NCBI GenBank assembly: GCA_963797095.1
Contig: CAWCNY010000002.1
Coordinates: 384,001 to 448,000, forward strand
Direction of reading: 5' to 3'
Length of the DNA stretch: 64,000 bases
From: an uncultured Chloroflexia bacterium
GTDB taxonomy: Bacteria > Chloroflexota > Chloroflexia > QHBQ01 > JADMIH01
In this document: positions 29,745-40,558 of the stretch, piece after piece
Position numbering within the stretch: the first letter of the stretch is position 1
Layout of the letters: every line of letters starts with the position of its first letter
The notes under the pieces: model-generated
What the model saw: only the letters and a program-made list of their open reading frames with translations
Database searches by the model: none
Told to the model about the DNA's origin: nothing
Translations under genes and position numbers: made by a program

Positions 29745-30860
29745 ATGTCACGCCTCCTCACCATTCTGCTCGGTGTTGCCCTGTTGCTCTTGCTGGCCGC
29801 AGGCTTTATGCCGGCGCTGCCTGCTTCACCACAAACTTCCGTAGCCACTCCAACCCCCACCGTTCCGCCCCAGGCCCAGGTCATAAACACCAAGATCGGG
29901 CTTCACACTCGCCTGTCTGACGAACCTGACCCAGCCAATATCAGCCGCGAGTTTCAACTCTTGCACGCAATGGGGACGACCTGGGCCACCGAGTTCTTTC
30001 CCTGGCTCTACATCCAGCCATCGGACCGCAACCGGTTCGACTGGTCGCACACCGACCTTGTGGTAAATGCGGCTGCTGCCAATGGGATCACGCTGATAGC
30101 TCGCCTGGATGGTGTTCCTGAGTGGGCGCGTCCGGCCAATACCACCTGGAAGTACATTGATCCTGACTATTACGATGCCTATGCTGATTTTGTCTACGCA
30201 TTCGTCCAGAGGTACAAAGACTGCGTACATTACTTCGTGATCTGGAACGAGCCAAACACCGCCGCCGAGTGGGGAGGCCGCAAGCCCGATCCCACAGCAT
30301 ACACCGAGCTCCTGAAGCGCGCGTATACACGTGCCAAAGAGGCCGACCCCACGGCCACAATCCTGCTGGCCGGGCTGGCCCCCAACCTTGAGGGTGAGAA
30401 CAGCACCCTTGCCCTCAACGACCTGGTGTATTTAGACCGCCTTTACGATGCTGGTGCTGCATCTTACTTCGACGGCGTGGCGGTGCACGCTTATGGCCTG
30501 CGAGCCCCACCTGACGCCCCTTCGGCCCCGGACCGCCTCAACTTCGCCCGCGCCGCACAGACCCATGAGGGTATGGTCAGGCGCGGGGACGGCGCGAAGC
30601 CGATCTTCATCACCGAAGGCGGTTGGAATGACAGCCCGCGCTGGTCATACGCCGTCAAGCCCTATGAGCGGGTGGAATACACGATAGGAGCATATAAGTT
30701 GGCCGAAACGTGGCCCTGGTGCAAGGCGGTCACGCTCTGGATGTCCCGCCTACCTACCGCCGCACATACTTACTTCGACAACTACACCTTCCTGACGCCC
30801 GATTTCATTCCGAAGGCGATCTACCTGGAGGTGCAGAAATATGCTTTTTCGGGCGAGTAA
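29745..30860 (+). CDS. Secreted clan GH-A glycoside hydrolase (GH5/GH39-like)
   Basis: Signal/anchor; acid-base IWNEPN; AVHAY; nucleophile FITEGGW. Confidence 0.85.
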   Translation: MSRLLTILLGVALLLLLAAGFMPALPASPQTSVATPTPTVPPQAQVINTKIGLHTRLSDEPDPANISREFQLLHAMGTTWATEFFPWLYIQPSDRNRFDWSHTDLVVNAAAANGITLIARLDGVPEWARPANTTWKYIDPDYYDAYADFVYAFVQRYKDCVHYFVIWNEPNTAAEWGGRKPDPTAYTELLKRAYTRAKEADPTATILLAGLAPNLEGENSTLALNDLVYLDRLYDAGAASYFDGVAVHAYGLRAPPDAPSAPDRLNFARAAQTHEGMVRRGDGAKPIFITEGGWNDSPRWSYAVKPYERVEYTIGAYKLAETWPWCKAVTLWMSRLPTAAHTYFDNYTFLTPDFIPKAIYLEVQKYAFSGE

Positions 30861-30909
30861 CGAGTGACGAGTGGCGTATGACAGTGCTGAAAGAGACGGA
30901 TTGGGATTT

Positions 30910-31701
30910 ATGCGACAGTTGGTGATCAATCTTTTTATCGTAATGGGGCTTGGGATTGTGGCCTTGCTTACCTGGGCCGGGCAACAGCATCCCGCCGATC
31001 CTTATCTTCAGGATATAGAGGCGCGGGGTGTTTTGCGGGTGGGGCTTGATCCGACGTACCCGCCTTTCGATGCTCTCCAGGATGCGAAGCCGGTGGGGTA
31101 CGATGTTTCGCTGGCGAACGCTCTCGCCGCCGACCTGGGGGTGCGCGTCGAGTACCACACCCTTTCCATTGACATACTTTACGATGCCCTCGCTTCCAAG
31201 CAGGTGGATATTCTGGTCTCGGCGCTCCCCTTCGTGTACGAGCGCCAGAAGGAGGTGCGCTACTCGGTTCCTTATTACCAATCAGGAGAGGTGCTGGCAA
31301 TCCGCTCCGGTGATACGTCGATCCGGTCGATGCAGGACCTGGGAGGCAGGATCGTGGCGGTAGAGCTTGGCTCGAACGGCGATACGGAAGCCCGCTTGCT
31401 TGCTCGCGAGATCACACCAACAAGCGATCTGCACTCCACGTATCGCTCGCCCGATGAGGCATTGGACGCTCTCGCCAATGGGATGGCGGACGCAGCCATT
31501 GTAGATAACCTGTCGGTTCAGACCTATATTGCCGCCCACCCAGGCACGCTTGATGTGATACAACCGCCTCTTACCGACGAGCCTTATGTGGTAGCTATGC
31601 CGGTTGGGGCAGATGCCCTGGCCGACTGCGTAAATGCCACCATCGAGCGGCTTCGCGCCTCGGGCGAGCTGTCACAAATGCTTAATACTGTAATCCCTTA
31701 A
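30910..31701 (+). CDS. ABC transporter substrate-binding protein (SBP_bac_3, polar amino acid type)
   Basis: GVLRVGLDPTYPPF, GYDVSLA, YSVPYY, ADAAIVD. Confidence 0.88.
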   Translation: MRQLVINLFIVMGLGIVALLTWAGQQHPADPYLQDIEARGVLRVGLDPTYPPFDALQDAKPVGYDVSLANALAADLGVRVEYHTLSIDILYDALASKQVDILVSALPFVYERQKEVRYSVPYYQSGEVLAIRSGDTSIRSMQDLGGRIVAVELGSNGDTEARLLAREITPTSDLHSTYRSPDEALDALANGMADAAIVDNLSVQTYIAAHPGTLDVIQPPLTDEPYVVAMPVGADALADCVNATIERLRASGELSQMLNTVIP

Positions 31702-31727
31702 TCCGATATCCACATCCGATATCCACA

Positions 31728-31912
31728 CTCAAGCCCAAGAGAAGCGAGGCAGAGCCTGAGCAGCTATATCGAATTCTACAACCAAGAGCGGCTGCACCAA
31801 GCACTTGGCTACCAAACACCGGCCAATATCTATCATCAAATCAACACTGAGAAAGGAGTAAGTTCCACCTTATCTTTGGCCTCCTAGTTGTCTTGACAAA
31901 GAGTACACCTTA
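31728..31912 (+). mobile_element. IS3-family remnant (transposase C-terminus and right end)
   Basis: Translates SPREARQSLSSYIEFYNQERLHQALGYQTPANIY...* (YN..R.H..LGY.TP motif), then TGTCTTGACAAAGAGTACACCTTA resembling an IS3 right IR. Preceded by a 13-bp tandem duplication (31701-31726). Confidence 0.75.
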
Positions 31913-32182
31913 CTCGGTTGTTTCCGACATAGCTTCGGTAGTTAATCTTTCCATAAGCCACATACGAATTAACGTTTGATAGCCAAGACCTTTGCTTCTT
32001 GCTATCATCTTAAGTCGTTCTATCGTATCCTGCTCTAATCTGAGTGAGATCAGGGTCTTTGGTCTTGCATCAACGACACGTAACGGTATCTTCTCAGTTT
32101 CGTCAAAGAAATCGGTAGTGCTGTGCGTATCCCAGAAATCTGACTCTTCTTGTTCATTATGGAATTTGGGTATCTCTGCCAT
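31910..32182 (-). CDS. BrnA/CopG-like (RHH) antitoxin
   Basis: IPKFHNEQEESDFWDTH...ISLRL...LKMIARSKGLGYQTLIRMWL; GGAG RBS; lies directly after the brnT remnant. Confidence 0.85.
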   Translation of the reverse strand: MAEIPKFHNEQEESDFWDTHSTTDFFDETEKIPLRVVDARPKTLISLRLEQDTIERLKMIARSKGLGYQTLIRMWLMERLTTEAMSETTE

Positions 32183-32263
32183 AAGTCTCCCTATTTTCTC
32201 CTGAAATATTGCTTCTCCTTGGGGTTCATGTCCCGCGCAGAAATGATCTTTATGGCTTGGCCT

Positions 32264-33568
32264 GGCCGTATACTGAGTCTTGTGTAATTTAGGGAGCCTG
32301 GCTATCCTTATGGTAAGTCTGACAAACTACCGAAAGGAGAAAACCAATGGCTCCCAAAAGTGAAGATACCCGACCCATAGCTATGAGTCAAGATGAGTTC
32401 ACTCAGATGCTGACGACACAGATGAAAGACGCAGTACGCTTCGCTCTCAGCACTATCTTGGAAGCAGAGATCACAGCCTTGGTGGGTGCGTTGCCCTATG
32501 AGCGCTCGATTTCACGAACCGATCGACGCAACGGCCACTACACGAGAGACCTGAACACGACAGTGGGTCTCATCGAAGACCTGGCCGTGCCCCGCACACG
32601 TGGCGGATACCAGACGCAGTTGTTCGAGCGATATGCACGGCGGCGTCCAGAGATGGATACGGCCATCTCTGATATGTTCATCAAGGGAGTGAGCACCAGA
32701 GCGGTGGGAGAGGTAATGGAGACCTTGACCGGCTCGGCACCGTCCGCTTCCACTGTATCGAGGGTGTTTCACACGCTAGAGGACGAATATCAGGCTTGGA
32801 AGAGCCGCCCCCTTGCTCCTCGATACGAATACATATTCGCTGATGGCACCTACTTCACAGTCATATACGAAGGAGAAGGGTGCAAAATGCCAATCCTGTT
32901 GGTAATTGGCATCAAGCCAGACGGGGTGAGGGAGGTGCTTGGCTTCTCGGTTGGGGATCGAGAGAACCAGGGGGCGTGGGAGCAGTTGTTTGACAACCTC
33001 AAGGAGCGAGGGTTGAAGGAGGTTGGGCTGCTGATAACCGATGGAGGCAAGGCCATGCTCAATGCTCTCTCCTCCAAGTTCCCAGGAGTGCAGCGCCAAC
33101 GGTGTGTCAAGCACAAGATGGAGAACGTGCTCTCGTACATACCCAAGAAGCAGCGAGAAGTGGTGGGCGAGGAGTTGAAAGCCATCTTCTACCAGGAGAA
33201 CAGGGAGAAAGCCGAGGAGATGGCACACGCCTGGTGCCAAAAGTACCGCAAAGAGTACCCAACGGCAGTAGAGTGCTTGTGGCGAGACTACGAGGCGTGT
33301 CTGACTTTCTACAGTTTCCCGCCCCAGCACTGGAAGGCAATCCGCACGACCAACGCCATCGAGCGGGTGAATGAGGAGGTGAAACGACGCTCACACAAGA
33401 TGGGAGCTGCCTTCCGCAACGAGAGTAGCTGCCTGCTGATGTTCTATGCCGTGGTCCGAGGAATCAAGTTCCAACGCTTGACTATGCCCGCCACGCCTGC
33501 TGCCCAGGACAGGTAGGAGAGTAGGATAGATGGGCTCCCCGATTTTACACACAACTTGACACACGGCC
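32264..33568 (+). mobile_element. IS256-family insertion sequence (1305 bp) with 8-bp target duplication
   Basis: Imperfect TIRs GGCCGTATACTGAGTCTTGTGTAA / TTACACACAACTTGACACACGGCC; CTTGGCCT directly repeated at 32256-32263 and 33569-33576. Confidence 0.92.
32347..33516 (+). CDS. IS256-family (Mutator) transposase
   Basis: [50 protein letters not shown]. Confidence 0.95.
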   Translation: MAPKSEDTRPIAMSQDEFTQMLTTQMKDAVRFALSTILEAEITALVGALPYERSISRTDRRNGHYTRDLNTTVGLIEDLAVPRTRGGYQTQLFERYARRRPEMDTAISDMFIKGVSTRAVGEVMETLTGSAPSASTVSRVFHTLEDEYQAWKSRPLAPRYEYIFADGTYFTVIYEGEGCKMPILLVIGIKPDGVREVLGFSVGDRENQGAWEQLFDNLKERGLKEVGLLITDGGKAMLNALSSKFPGVQRQRCVKHKMENVLSYIPKKQREVVGEELKAIFYQENREKAEEMAHAWCQKYRKEYPTAVECLWRDYEACLTFYSFPPQHWKAIRTTNAIERVNEEVKRRSHKMGAAFRNESSCLLMFYAVVRGIKFQRLTMPATPAAQDR

Positions 33569-33813
33569 CTTGGCCTTCTCGAACAAACACTATCAACAAA
33601 CACTATCAATAGATATCTACCACTCTATGTACGTCCATAGAATAGTAGTTTGTTGTCTTTGGTTCTGCCGACTTTGTACCGTTCGCTACCAAGGCATTCC
33701 TCCACTTCCTCTGGTTCGATATTGTGCTTCTCTACTATCTATCTTATCAATAACCCACTCAGGCCAAATAATGCTCGTGAAATAGAAGGTCAAGGCTAGC
33801 CTCATGCGCGGAC

Positions 33814-33854
33814 TAATGTATATACATTATACATACATACGCTATGAAGGTCAA
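33814..33854 (-). promoter_or_regulatory. brnTA promoter with palindromic operator
   Basis: TTGACC-17nt-TATAAT on the minus strand; perfect 16-bp palindrome TAATGTATATACATTA (33814-33829) overlaps the -10. Confidence 0.75.
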
Positions 33855-33886
33855 CTCGTCAAGACGCTCGATTTCCAGTTATCCTC

Positions 33887-33915
33887 TTGACTACCCCCCG
33901 CATCCGACCTATAAT
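33887..33915 (+). promoter_or_regulatory. sigma70-type promoter of the ECF/anti-sigma/murA unit
   Basis: TTGACT-17nt-TATAAT, about 85 nt upstream of the ECF start. Confidence 0.7.
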
Positions 33916-33998
33916 CGTAAGGCATCTGCTTTCTTCTTTCCCGTCCAACTTCTGCCACCCACCGGCCATCACAGCACGTCCCGCCCAGGAGCCTCCCT

Positions 33999-34541
33999 AT
34001 GGACATAGCCATCATCGAACGCGCACGAGCAGGCGACGAATCGGCATTTGTCGCCATCTATGAGCATTTCAGCCCGCAGATCCATCGCTATGTCTACCGC
34101 CTGCTGGGCAGCCAGGAATTGGCGGACGACGTTACCCAGGAGACTTTCCTGAAAGCCTTCCAGAACATCGCGGGCATAGCGGACGATTCCAACCTTGGTG
34201 CATGGCTCTATCGCATCGCATCCAATGCCTGTTTTGACATACTGCGCCGCCGCAAGTTGATTACCTGGATGCCGATCCTTGAGGATAACGAGAAATCATC
34301 CGAATTTACCGCCGAAGACTTCTCACCCCAGGTGATCGAGTCGCAATTGGTCCGACGCGCCCTTGTTGAGATGCCCCCTGCCCTGGCAGTCTGCCTCGTT
34401 TTGCGCTCGGTGGAGGGCTTTTCATGTGAGGAGATAGCCGAGATCCTCAAGATACCGAAAGGCACGGTCTTCAGCCGCCTGGCACGCGCCCGCGAAATGT
34501 TTATCTCGCTCTATAACCGCCGTCCCACCGCCGACCAATGA
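33999..34541 (+). CDS. ECF RNA polymerase sigma factor
   Basis: Region 2 ADDVTQETFLKAF..WLYRIASN; region 4 EGFSCEEIAEILKIPKGTVFSRLARAR. Confidence 0.93.
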   Translation: MDIAIIERARAGDESAFVAIYEHFSPQIHRYVYRLLGSQELADDVTQETFLKAFQNIAGIADDSNLGAWLYRIASNACFDILRRRKLITWMPILEDNEKSSEFTAEDFSPQVIESQLVRRALVEMPPALAVCLVLRSVEGFSCEEIAEILKIPKGTVFSRLARAREMFISLYNRRPTADQ

Positions 34542-34602
34542 TGCACAGGCAACCAGGCGATAGCGCAGAAAAGTGTCAGGTCTGAGATTTGAGCTCTAAT
34601 AG

Positions 34603-37600
34603 TTGAACTGCACTCGTTACCGGCAATTAATATCCAGATACGTTGACGATGAGGTCACGCCCCGCCAGCGCCGCGAGCTCCTCGCTCATGTCGAGGTTTG
34701 CCGTGACTGTGCGGCCTGGTTGGCCCGCGCACGCCAGACCGATGTGCTGTTGAAATCGGTGGGCGATACTCACCCCTCCGATAGCGTCCGAAATGCCATC
34801 ATCGCGCAGCTTCGCAACGATGACAAACATGCAGGGGCCATCAGCCAGCTACCCTCAGCAACCACAGACCCGGCATTCGGGCGACAGCAGTCCGTTCATA
34901 TTCATCGATCGGCGTTTCGCGTTCTTCTCTCCTCTCTCTTGCTCCGCTTCGACCCCTCGCCGCGCAGGATCGCGCTTGGGTTGCTGGCGTTTGCGTGCGC
35001 TTCGTTCGGCCTGCTATTCTGGCTGAATGTGCTGCCGCAGTTCTGGAGCAACAAGCTTGGCTTCGAGGTCCAGCCCGATTCCGCAGGGATAGCCTCCACT
35101 CCCATACCGATCCAGGCCATATCCTCCAACACAGGCACCGGTACGGCCAACGCCCCCAGCCTGGTGCTCGCCCAGCCTGGCGATGGCTCGCAAATTTCCC
35201 TGCTCAATTCGCCGGTGGTGATGCGGTTCGATATGCCGATGGATAGAGGCTCGGTGGAAGATGCCTTTTTGATCACACCTCCGGCTGCCGGAAGCCTCTC
35301 ATGGGACGCCGATAACCAGCTACGCTGGACGCCCACGGCACCGGGCCTGTTGCGCGGCGTTACCTACACAGTCAACTTATCAGGCACTGCCCTCTCGCTG
35401 GCGGGCACGCCCCTTCGCGGTATGTGCTCCTGGTCGTTTCGGACGAGCGATCCTTACTCGGTCTCGCCTTCGCCCGCCGACGGCTCGTACATAGGGCCTG
35501 CGGCCTCGCTCTCGCTCACGTTCGACACTGCCATGCGAGTGGACGGCGCACAGGGAGCGGTTTCGCTGCGCGAGGCCGACACCCACAAGGATATCCCGGC
35601 CTCTTACTCCTGGGACTCCGAAGGCAAGCGCCTCACCCTCACCCCGCTTCACCCCCTGGCGGCGGGCTATGTCTCAGTTGTGGTCGATGCGACCGCCCCC
35701 ACCGCCTCAGGCGATACACTTGGCCGCTCTTACGAGTTCAAATACCGGGCCGATCTTCCCACGCCCAGGGTGCATATACTCGATGGCCGTTTGTCGGTGG
35801 CGTCGTCCGATGGGCTAGCCCGGCTTGCCTACGAGGCCGTGAGCGGTGCCTCGCCCGACGAAGCCCTGGATAATGTCGTTTTCGACGTTTATGCTTTCCC
35901 TGCCGAAAAGCTATCGGCCTTGGGCGCGCAAGCCTCGGCATGGCCCCAGGCCCTCCCCGCCGGGTTCCCTTCCGGACTGGACCTGGCCTCCACGTCCCAC
36001 TCGCAGCCGGTGGGGGCCTCTATTTCGGGCGATGCCTTCCTACCGCCTCTTTCTCCAGGTATTTACCTAGTGGTGGCTCACGGCGTCCTGGCGAGTGGCG
36101 AGGCCAGCACCGCAGCCGGTCTCACCGATTGGCAACTGCTGATCGTGGGAGATAGCAAGCTGCTGTCAGCGGGTGGAGATATGCCCATGTGGGCGCTCAC
36201 AGGAGCGGGCCACTCATGGGGCGGCGCGGAAATCTCGCTCTATTCGCCCGCGGGTGAGCTTCTTGAAAAAGGGATAACCGGCGACAATGGCCTCTATTCT
36301 CCATCTCCGGCAGCACGGGGCGCATCGCTCGCTGTCGCGCGTGATCCCTCAGGTCACATTGCTTCTCTCGTGCTCAATTCCGGCTTCGACCCGAATGGCG
36401 GCGATACTGCCGACACTCTCCCTGCCAATCTTATCACCGACCGCCGGGCATATCACCCCGGCGAAATAGTCAACTTCCATGCAATGCTCGAAGCCGCCAC
36501 CCTTGGTCCGGCCAGCGCCACCCGTCTTGACGAGCCTACGGACGGGAGCGCGAACGCTCAACTGCTCACCCCTCAGGGCTATGTAGTATCAAACTTGAAC
36601 CTCAAGCCCGACTCCGTAGGCGGCATCAGCGGCGTCTTTACGCTCGACCCTACGACCCTGCCGGGCACTTATACGATCCGGGTGCGCTGGGGCAACGCCT
36701 TGCACGACTTCCCGATCTTAGTTCTATCTACAGACCTTGATACCCTGAGCGTGGCGGTGCTCCCTTCCGGGGAGGAAGAAGGTGCAACCATCACCCGCAC
36801 GGTGAGCGTGCTAGGGCCTATGGGCAGGCCACAGGCGGGAGCGGTCGTCACGGGCACGCTCGGCATACTGGGCGACGCCTGGTCCTCTAATCTGGTGATA
36901 GCTACCACAAACGGCGATGGCCTGGCTACCTTTGTCATGCCCCTGCCCGATTGGTTCGCTCGCTTCAACGAGCCTGGGCTTTTCTTCCGTGCCGAGGCCT
37001 CTTCCGGAGATCTTGCGGGCGTGGATACTCAGTATCTCGACTTCACCTCGCAACGGATGGCTGCCGCAGGCCAGACGCAGGCGGTGGACCCGCTCCAGAA
37101 TGTGGCCGTTGTGGCGCGACTGGTGCCTGCCCAACCCCCGGACTCCGAAGCCCAATTCAGTGTGCGTGCGGTGCTGCTCGACCCTACCGCTCAATCAGGC
37201 GATCTCCTCCTGTCGGCTCAATCACCCACGGGTGAGCGCCTGAGCTATTCGATTGACCTGGCATCCAAGCCTGATGGCGACGCCACTTTCCCCCTGCCGT
37301 TGCGCTTCGCCGGGGGCATAGTCACTATCTTCTCGTTCCAGGCGACCTCGCCTCGCACCTTCAGACTGATCCCGGCGGGCGACGGTTCAGCCGACCTGCG
37401 CGTGCTCTCTCCGGTAACTGCCACCGCTTCTTCAAATATAGACGTAAGGCTCAACCTGAGCGACCGGGACGGCGCGAGCCTGGCGGGCAGCGCTACCCTG
37501 GTGTGGCGGCGCGTATCGGGCGCGCCATCGGACCTACCCGTAGGCTGGCAGCCAACTGTCGCCATCACGGCTTCCGGAGTTGTCACCCTTACTATCCAGG

Positions 37601-39210
37601 CTCCTACCTCTCCCGGCCTGTGGTACCTGATGTCTGAGGCTACTTCGGCTGCGGGTGAGGGGTGGGGATGGGCGGCGGTGCGCGTCGTCCCCGACGCATG
37701 GATGCAACTTCCCCCATCCATTCAATCCGAAGCGGGCGAAGGTTCGTCATTTGCAGTGCGCGTGTTCAACCCCGGCGATGAGCCACTTACAGCCGATGTG
37801 GAGGCCCTCAATAACGCTTCGGTTGTAGATGCCGATGTGTCGAAGAGCGTGCAGGTCCAGGCGAATGGGCTGGCCGACGAGCAGTGGCGACTCTCAGCGA
37901 CCAGATCGGGCGACACTATATTGACCTTCTCGCTCGCGGCCCAGGACCTCGGCTTCCAAACTACAGGCGAGTGGCCTTTATCTGTCAGCAGCAAGCCGCA
38001 CCAGGACAGCGATGTTACCTACACATCGGGTTCGCTGACAGGCGAGCGGAATGTGGGTGTAGCGGTGCCCTGGGGCCTCGATAGCAGCGACCTCACCCTG
38101 GAGATACGCGCCTCGACCTCGTTGCTGTCGTCGCTGGCAGGCATCACCCGCGACCTGTACGGCGGTTGGGTAGCGTCCTCCGATGGCGTATCGATGGCGG
38201 CGGCACGCCTGAGCGCGGGCGCACCGGTTGCGTCGGCGTTTGCCCGCTCAGGAGAGGGTGTGCCTGACGACCTGTTGCTGTCGGGTGTCGAACGTTCCAG
38301 GCTTCTCCAGCAACTCTACGCTGCGCAACACCAGGATGGAAGCTGGGGCGGCACCCTGGATGGCGATGGAGTAGGCAGCGTGTCTCAAACTGCTGCCGTC
38401 CTGCTTGCCTTCTATCGCTCCTCATATTATCCATACGGTGATGGCCAGCTACAGCCCGACCAGGGCGTGATCGAGCGCGCTTTGCAATACCTATCGTCCG
38501 AGCTGGCGCGGCCTTTGCGGGTCGGTGCCTCGTCCAATGCTCTCGATGAGCGTGCTTACGCTCTGTATGCATTCTCGCTCTACCGCTCTGTGCCCAACGA
38601 CTGGATGCGCCCTCTGCTTGCGTATGCCTTGCCGGGGCCATCCGGCGCACCCGCTTCGCTGACGGTGGATGGGCAGGCTTACCTGGCGCTCGCGCTCATG
38701 CAGTCGGATAGGATGGCAGATGCGCTCGCGCTCCTTGATACCGCCCTTCGCCTGCAGTCTGCCGGGAGCGTACCTGTGTCGGCCCCCATGCTCATGGCGC
38801 TGTTGCAGTCGGAAGCCGACGCTTCCAGCGGCGCAAACAGTCAGCCTTTCTCATCTTCCTACTCGGCGATTCACAACTCGCAATCGGGAATCCGCAACTC
38901 CCTTTATGTGACCGCCCTCATGGAGGCGCGTGAGGGCGCGGGCTGGCATACGCCCCTGATGACAGCCGATGCTATGTGGGCATTGTCGCTCTATGCGGCG
39001 ATGGAGGGAGAGCATCCACGCTCGGACTCCCCCGCGCTCTTCCTGGGCGACCGCCCGATCCAGCCCAACCTTTCCGGTGGCATACCGGGCGAGCTATCGG
39101 TGCTGCTGCCGGGCGATGAATTGAAAGCCGGCACCAACTGGCTCAAACTGCGCTCCCCGGCCTCGGGCGAGCCTCTCTATTACAGCCTGACTCTAATTGC
39201 AACGAGGTAA
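34603..39210 (+). CDS. Zinc anti-sigma (zf-HC2) fused to Big_5 Ig-like and alpha-2-macroglobulin-like domains
   Basis: C...LISRYVDDE....HVEVCRDC; one TM; two Big_5-like repeats; MG-like [18 protein letters not shown]; TED-like [12 protein letters not shown]; no CxEQ thioester. Confidence 0.8.
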   Translation: MNCTRYRQLISRYVDDEVTPRQRRELLAHVEVCRDCAAWLARARQTDVLLKSVGDTHPSDSVRNAIIAQLRNDDKHAGAISQLPSATTDPAFGRQQSVHIHRSAFRVLLSSLLLRFDPSPRRIALGLLAFACASFGLLFWLNVLPQFWSNKLGFEVQPDSAGIASTPIPIQAISSNTGTGTANAPSLVLAQPGDGSQISLLNSPVVMRFDMPMDRGSVEDAFLITPPAAGSLSWDADNQLRWTPTAPGLLRGVTYTVNLSGTALSLAGTPLRGMCSWSFRTSDPYSVSPSPADGSYIGPAASLSLTFDTAMRVDGAQGAVSLREADTHKDIPASYSWDSEGKRLTLTPLHPLAAGYVSVVVDATAPTASGDTLGRSYEFKYRADLPTPRVHILDGRLSVASSDGLARLAYEAVSGASPDEALDNVVFDVYAFPAEKLSALGAQASAWPQALPAGFPSGLDLASTSHSQPVGASISGDAFLPPLSPGIYLVVAHGVLASGEASTAAGLTDWQLLIVGDSKLLSAGGDMPMWALTGAGHSWGGAEISLYSPAGELLEKGITGDNGLYSPSPAARGASLAVARDPSGHIASLVLNSGFDPNGGDTADTLPANLITDRRAYHPGEIVNFHAMLEAATLGPASATRLDEPTDGSANAQLLTPQGYVVSNLNLKPDSVGGISGVFTLDPTTLPGTYTIRVRWGNALHDFPILVLSTDLDTLSVAVLPSGEEEGATITRTVSVLGPMGRPQAGAVVTGTLGILGDAWSSNLVIATTNGDGLATFVMPLPDWFARFNEPGLFFRAEASSGDLAGVDTQYLDFTSQRMAAAGQTQAVDPLQNVAVVARLVPAQPPDSEAQFSVRAVLLDPTAQSGDLLLSAQSPTGERLSYSIDLASKPDGDATFPLPLRFAGGIVTIFSFQATSPRTFRLIPAGDGSADLRVLSPVTATASSNIDVRLNLSDRDGASLAGSATLVWRRVSGAPSDLPVGWQPTVAITASGVVTLTIQAPTSPGLWYLMSEATSAAGEGWGWAAVRVVPDAWMQLPPSIQSEAGEGSSFAVRVFNPGDEPLTADVEALNNASVVDADVSKSVQVQANGLADEQWRLSATRSGDTILTFSLAAQDLGFQTTGEWPLSVSSKPHQDSDVTYTSGSLTGERNVGVAVPWGLDSSDLTLEIRASTSLLSSLAGITRDLYGGWVASSDGVSMAAARLSAGAPVASAFARSGEGVPDDLLLSGVERSRLLQQLYAAQHQDGSWGGTLDGDGVGSVSQTAAVLLAFYRSSYYPYGDGQLQPDQGVIERALQYLSSELARPLRVGASSNALDERAYALYAFSLYRSVPNDWMRPLLAYALPGPSGAPASLTVDGQAYLALALMQSDRMADALALLDTALRLQSAGSVPVSAPMLMALLQSEADASSGANSQPFSSSYSAIHNSQSGIRNSLYVTALMEAREGAGWHTPLMTADAMWALSLYAAMEGEHPRSDSPALFLGDRPIQPNLSGGIPGELSVLLPGDELKAGTNWLKLRSPASGEPLYYSLTLIATR

Positions 39211-39211
39211 A

Positions 39212-40501
39212 ATGGAACGCTTCTACGTCGAAGGCGGGTACCCCCTGCATGGGGAGGTCATGCCCGCAGGCAACAAAAACTCGGCGCTGCCTATGCTGGC
39301 GGCCTCTCTCCTGACCGATCAACCGGTCACTCTTCGCAATCTCCCCAATATCGGAGATGTACGCACCATCCTCAAGATACTGCGTGGTATGGGCGTTACG
39401 GTGGACGATACTGACCTGGCGGGGTCGCACTCGGTAACGCTGCAGGCAAGCAAAGTCCACGAGCAGCCCGACCAGGCGCTCGGCTCGCTGGTGCGCGGCT
39501 CGCTCCTCTTCGCGGGGCCAATGCTGGCTCGCACCGGGCATGCCTCGGTCGGCCAGCCGGGCGGCGACGCGATCGGTCGCAGGCGCTCGGATACACATCT
39601 GCTTGCATTGCGGGCGCTGGGGGCCGATATTGCGATCCACAACGACCGTTATGAGATGAAAGCGGGTCGCTTGCGTGGCACAGAGATATTCCTTGATGAG
39701 GCCAGCGTAACGGGCACGGAGCAGGCGATCCTGGCAGCGGTGCTTGCCGAGGGCGAAACCCTGGTCTTCAACGCGGCCTCCGAGCCGCACGTGCAAGACC
39801 TCTGCAATATGCTCAACACCCTCGGAGCGTATATCGAGGGGATGGGCACAAATACCCTGATCATAAAAGGTGTGCCTTCCCTGCATGGCGGCGACCACGC
39901 TATTATGTCCGATCACATAGAGGTGGGCAGCTTCATCGCGCTGGCAGCTGTCACGGGTGGTGAGTTACGCATCCGCAACGCTGTGCCCGACCACATGCGG
40001 ATGACCTGCCTTGTTTACAAGCGCCTGGGTGTGGAGGTACACATAGAAGGTGAGGATATTGTAGTGCCGGGCAACCAGACCCTTAAGGTTGACTACGATG
40101 TGCACGGGGCCGTGCCCAAGATCGACGATGGCATCTGGCCTGCCTTCCCAAGCGATCTGATGAGTATCGCGCTGGTCACGGCCACACAGTCCGAGGGAAC
40201 TGTGCTGATATTCGAGAAGATGTTTGAGAGCCGCCTTTTCTTCGTAGACTGGCTGATCAGCATGGGAGCGCGCATAGTGCTATGCGATCCGCACCGTGCG
40301 GTGGTGGTGGGTAAGTCCGCGCTGAGAGGTGACGAGATCACAAGCCCCGACATCCGCGCAGGCATGGCCCTATTGATGGCCGCCCTGTGCGCCTCCGGGC
40401 AGAGCACCATCTACAATATCGGGCAGATCGACCGGGGCTATGAGGCGATTGAGAAAAGGCTGGAAGCCCTGGGCGCAAAGATCAAGCGCGTGGTCGATTG
40501 A
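39212..40501 (+). CDS. murA: UDP-N-acetylglucosamine 1-carboxyvinyltransferase (Asp at the Cys115 position)
   Basis: [53 protein letters not shown]; ATG 1 nt after the upstream stop. Confidence 0.95.
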   Translation: MERFYVEGGYPLHGEVMPAGNKNSALPMLAASLLTDQPVTLRNLPNIGDVRTILKILRGMGVTVDDTDLAGSHSVTLQASKVHEQPDQALGSLVRGSLLFAGPMLARTGHASVGQPGGDAIGRRRSDTHLLALRALGADIAIHNDRYEMKAGRLRGTEIFLDEASVTGTEQAILAAVLAEGETLVFNAASEPHVQDLCNMLNTLGAYIEGMGTNTLIIKGVPSLHGGDHAIMSDHIEVGSFIALAAVTGGELRIRNAVPDHMRMTCLVYKRLGVEVHIEGEDIVVPGNQTLKVDYDVHGAVPKIDDGIWPAFPSDLMSIALVTATQSEGTVLIFEKMFESRLFFVDWLISMGARIVLCDPHRAVVVGKSALRGDEITSPDIRAGMALLMAALCASGQSTIYNIGQIDRGYEAIEKRLEALGAKIKRVVD

Positions 40502-40543
40502 ATAATGCCTGGGGCGTTGTATGCGATGCCGCCAGGCATTATT
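40501..40543. terminator. Hairpin between convergent murA and SLH gene
   Basis: AATAATGCCTGG...CCAGGCATTATT. Confidence 0.7.
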
Positions 40544-40558
40544 GCGTTTGTAATGTAT

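Larger units (their letters stand above)
32191..33793 (-). pseudogene. BrnT-family toxin pseudogene interrupted by IS256
   Basis: Removing the IS, one TSD copy, a 4-bp duplication and a 13-bp duplication gives MTFYFTSIIWPEWVIDKIVEKHNIEPEEVEECL...FYGRT*SGRYLLIVFVREGQAIKIISARDMNPKEKQYFRRK. Confidence 0.8.
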
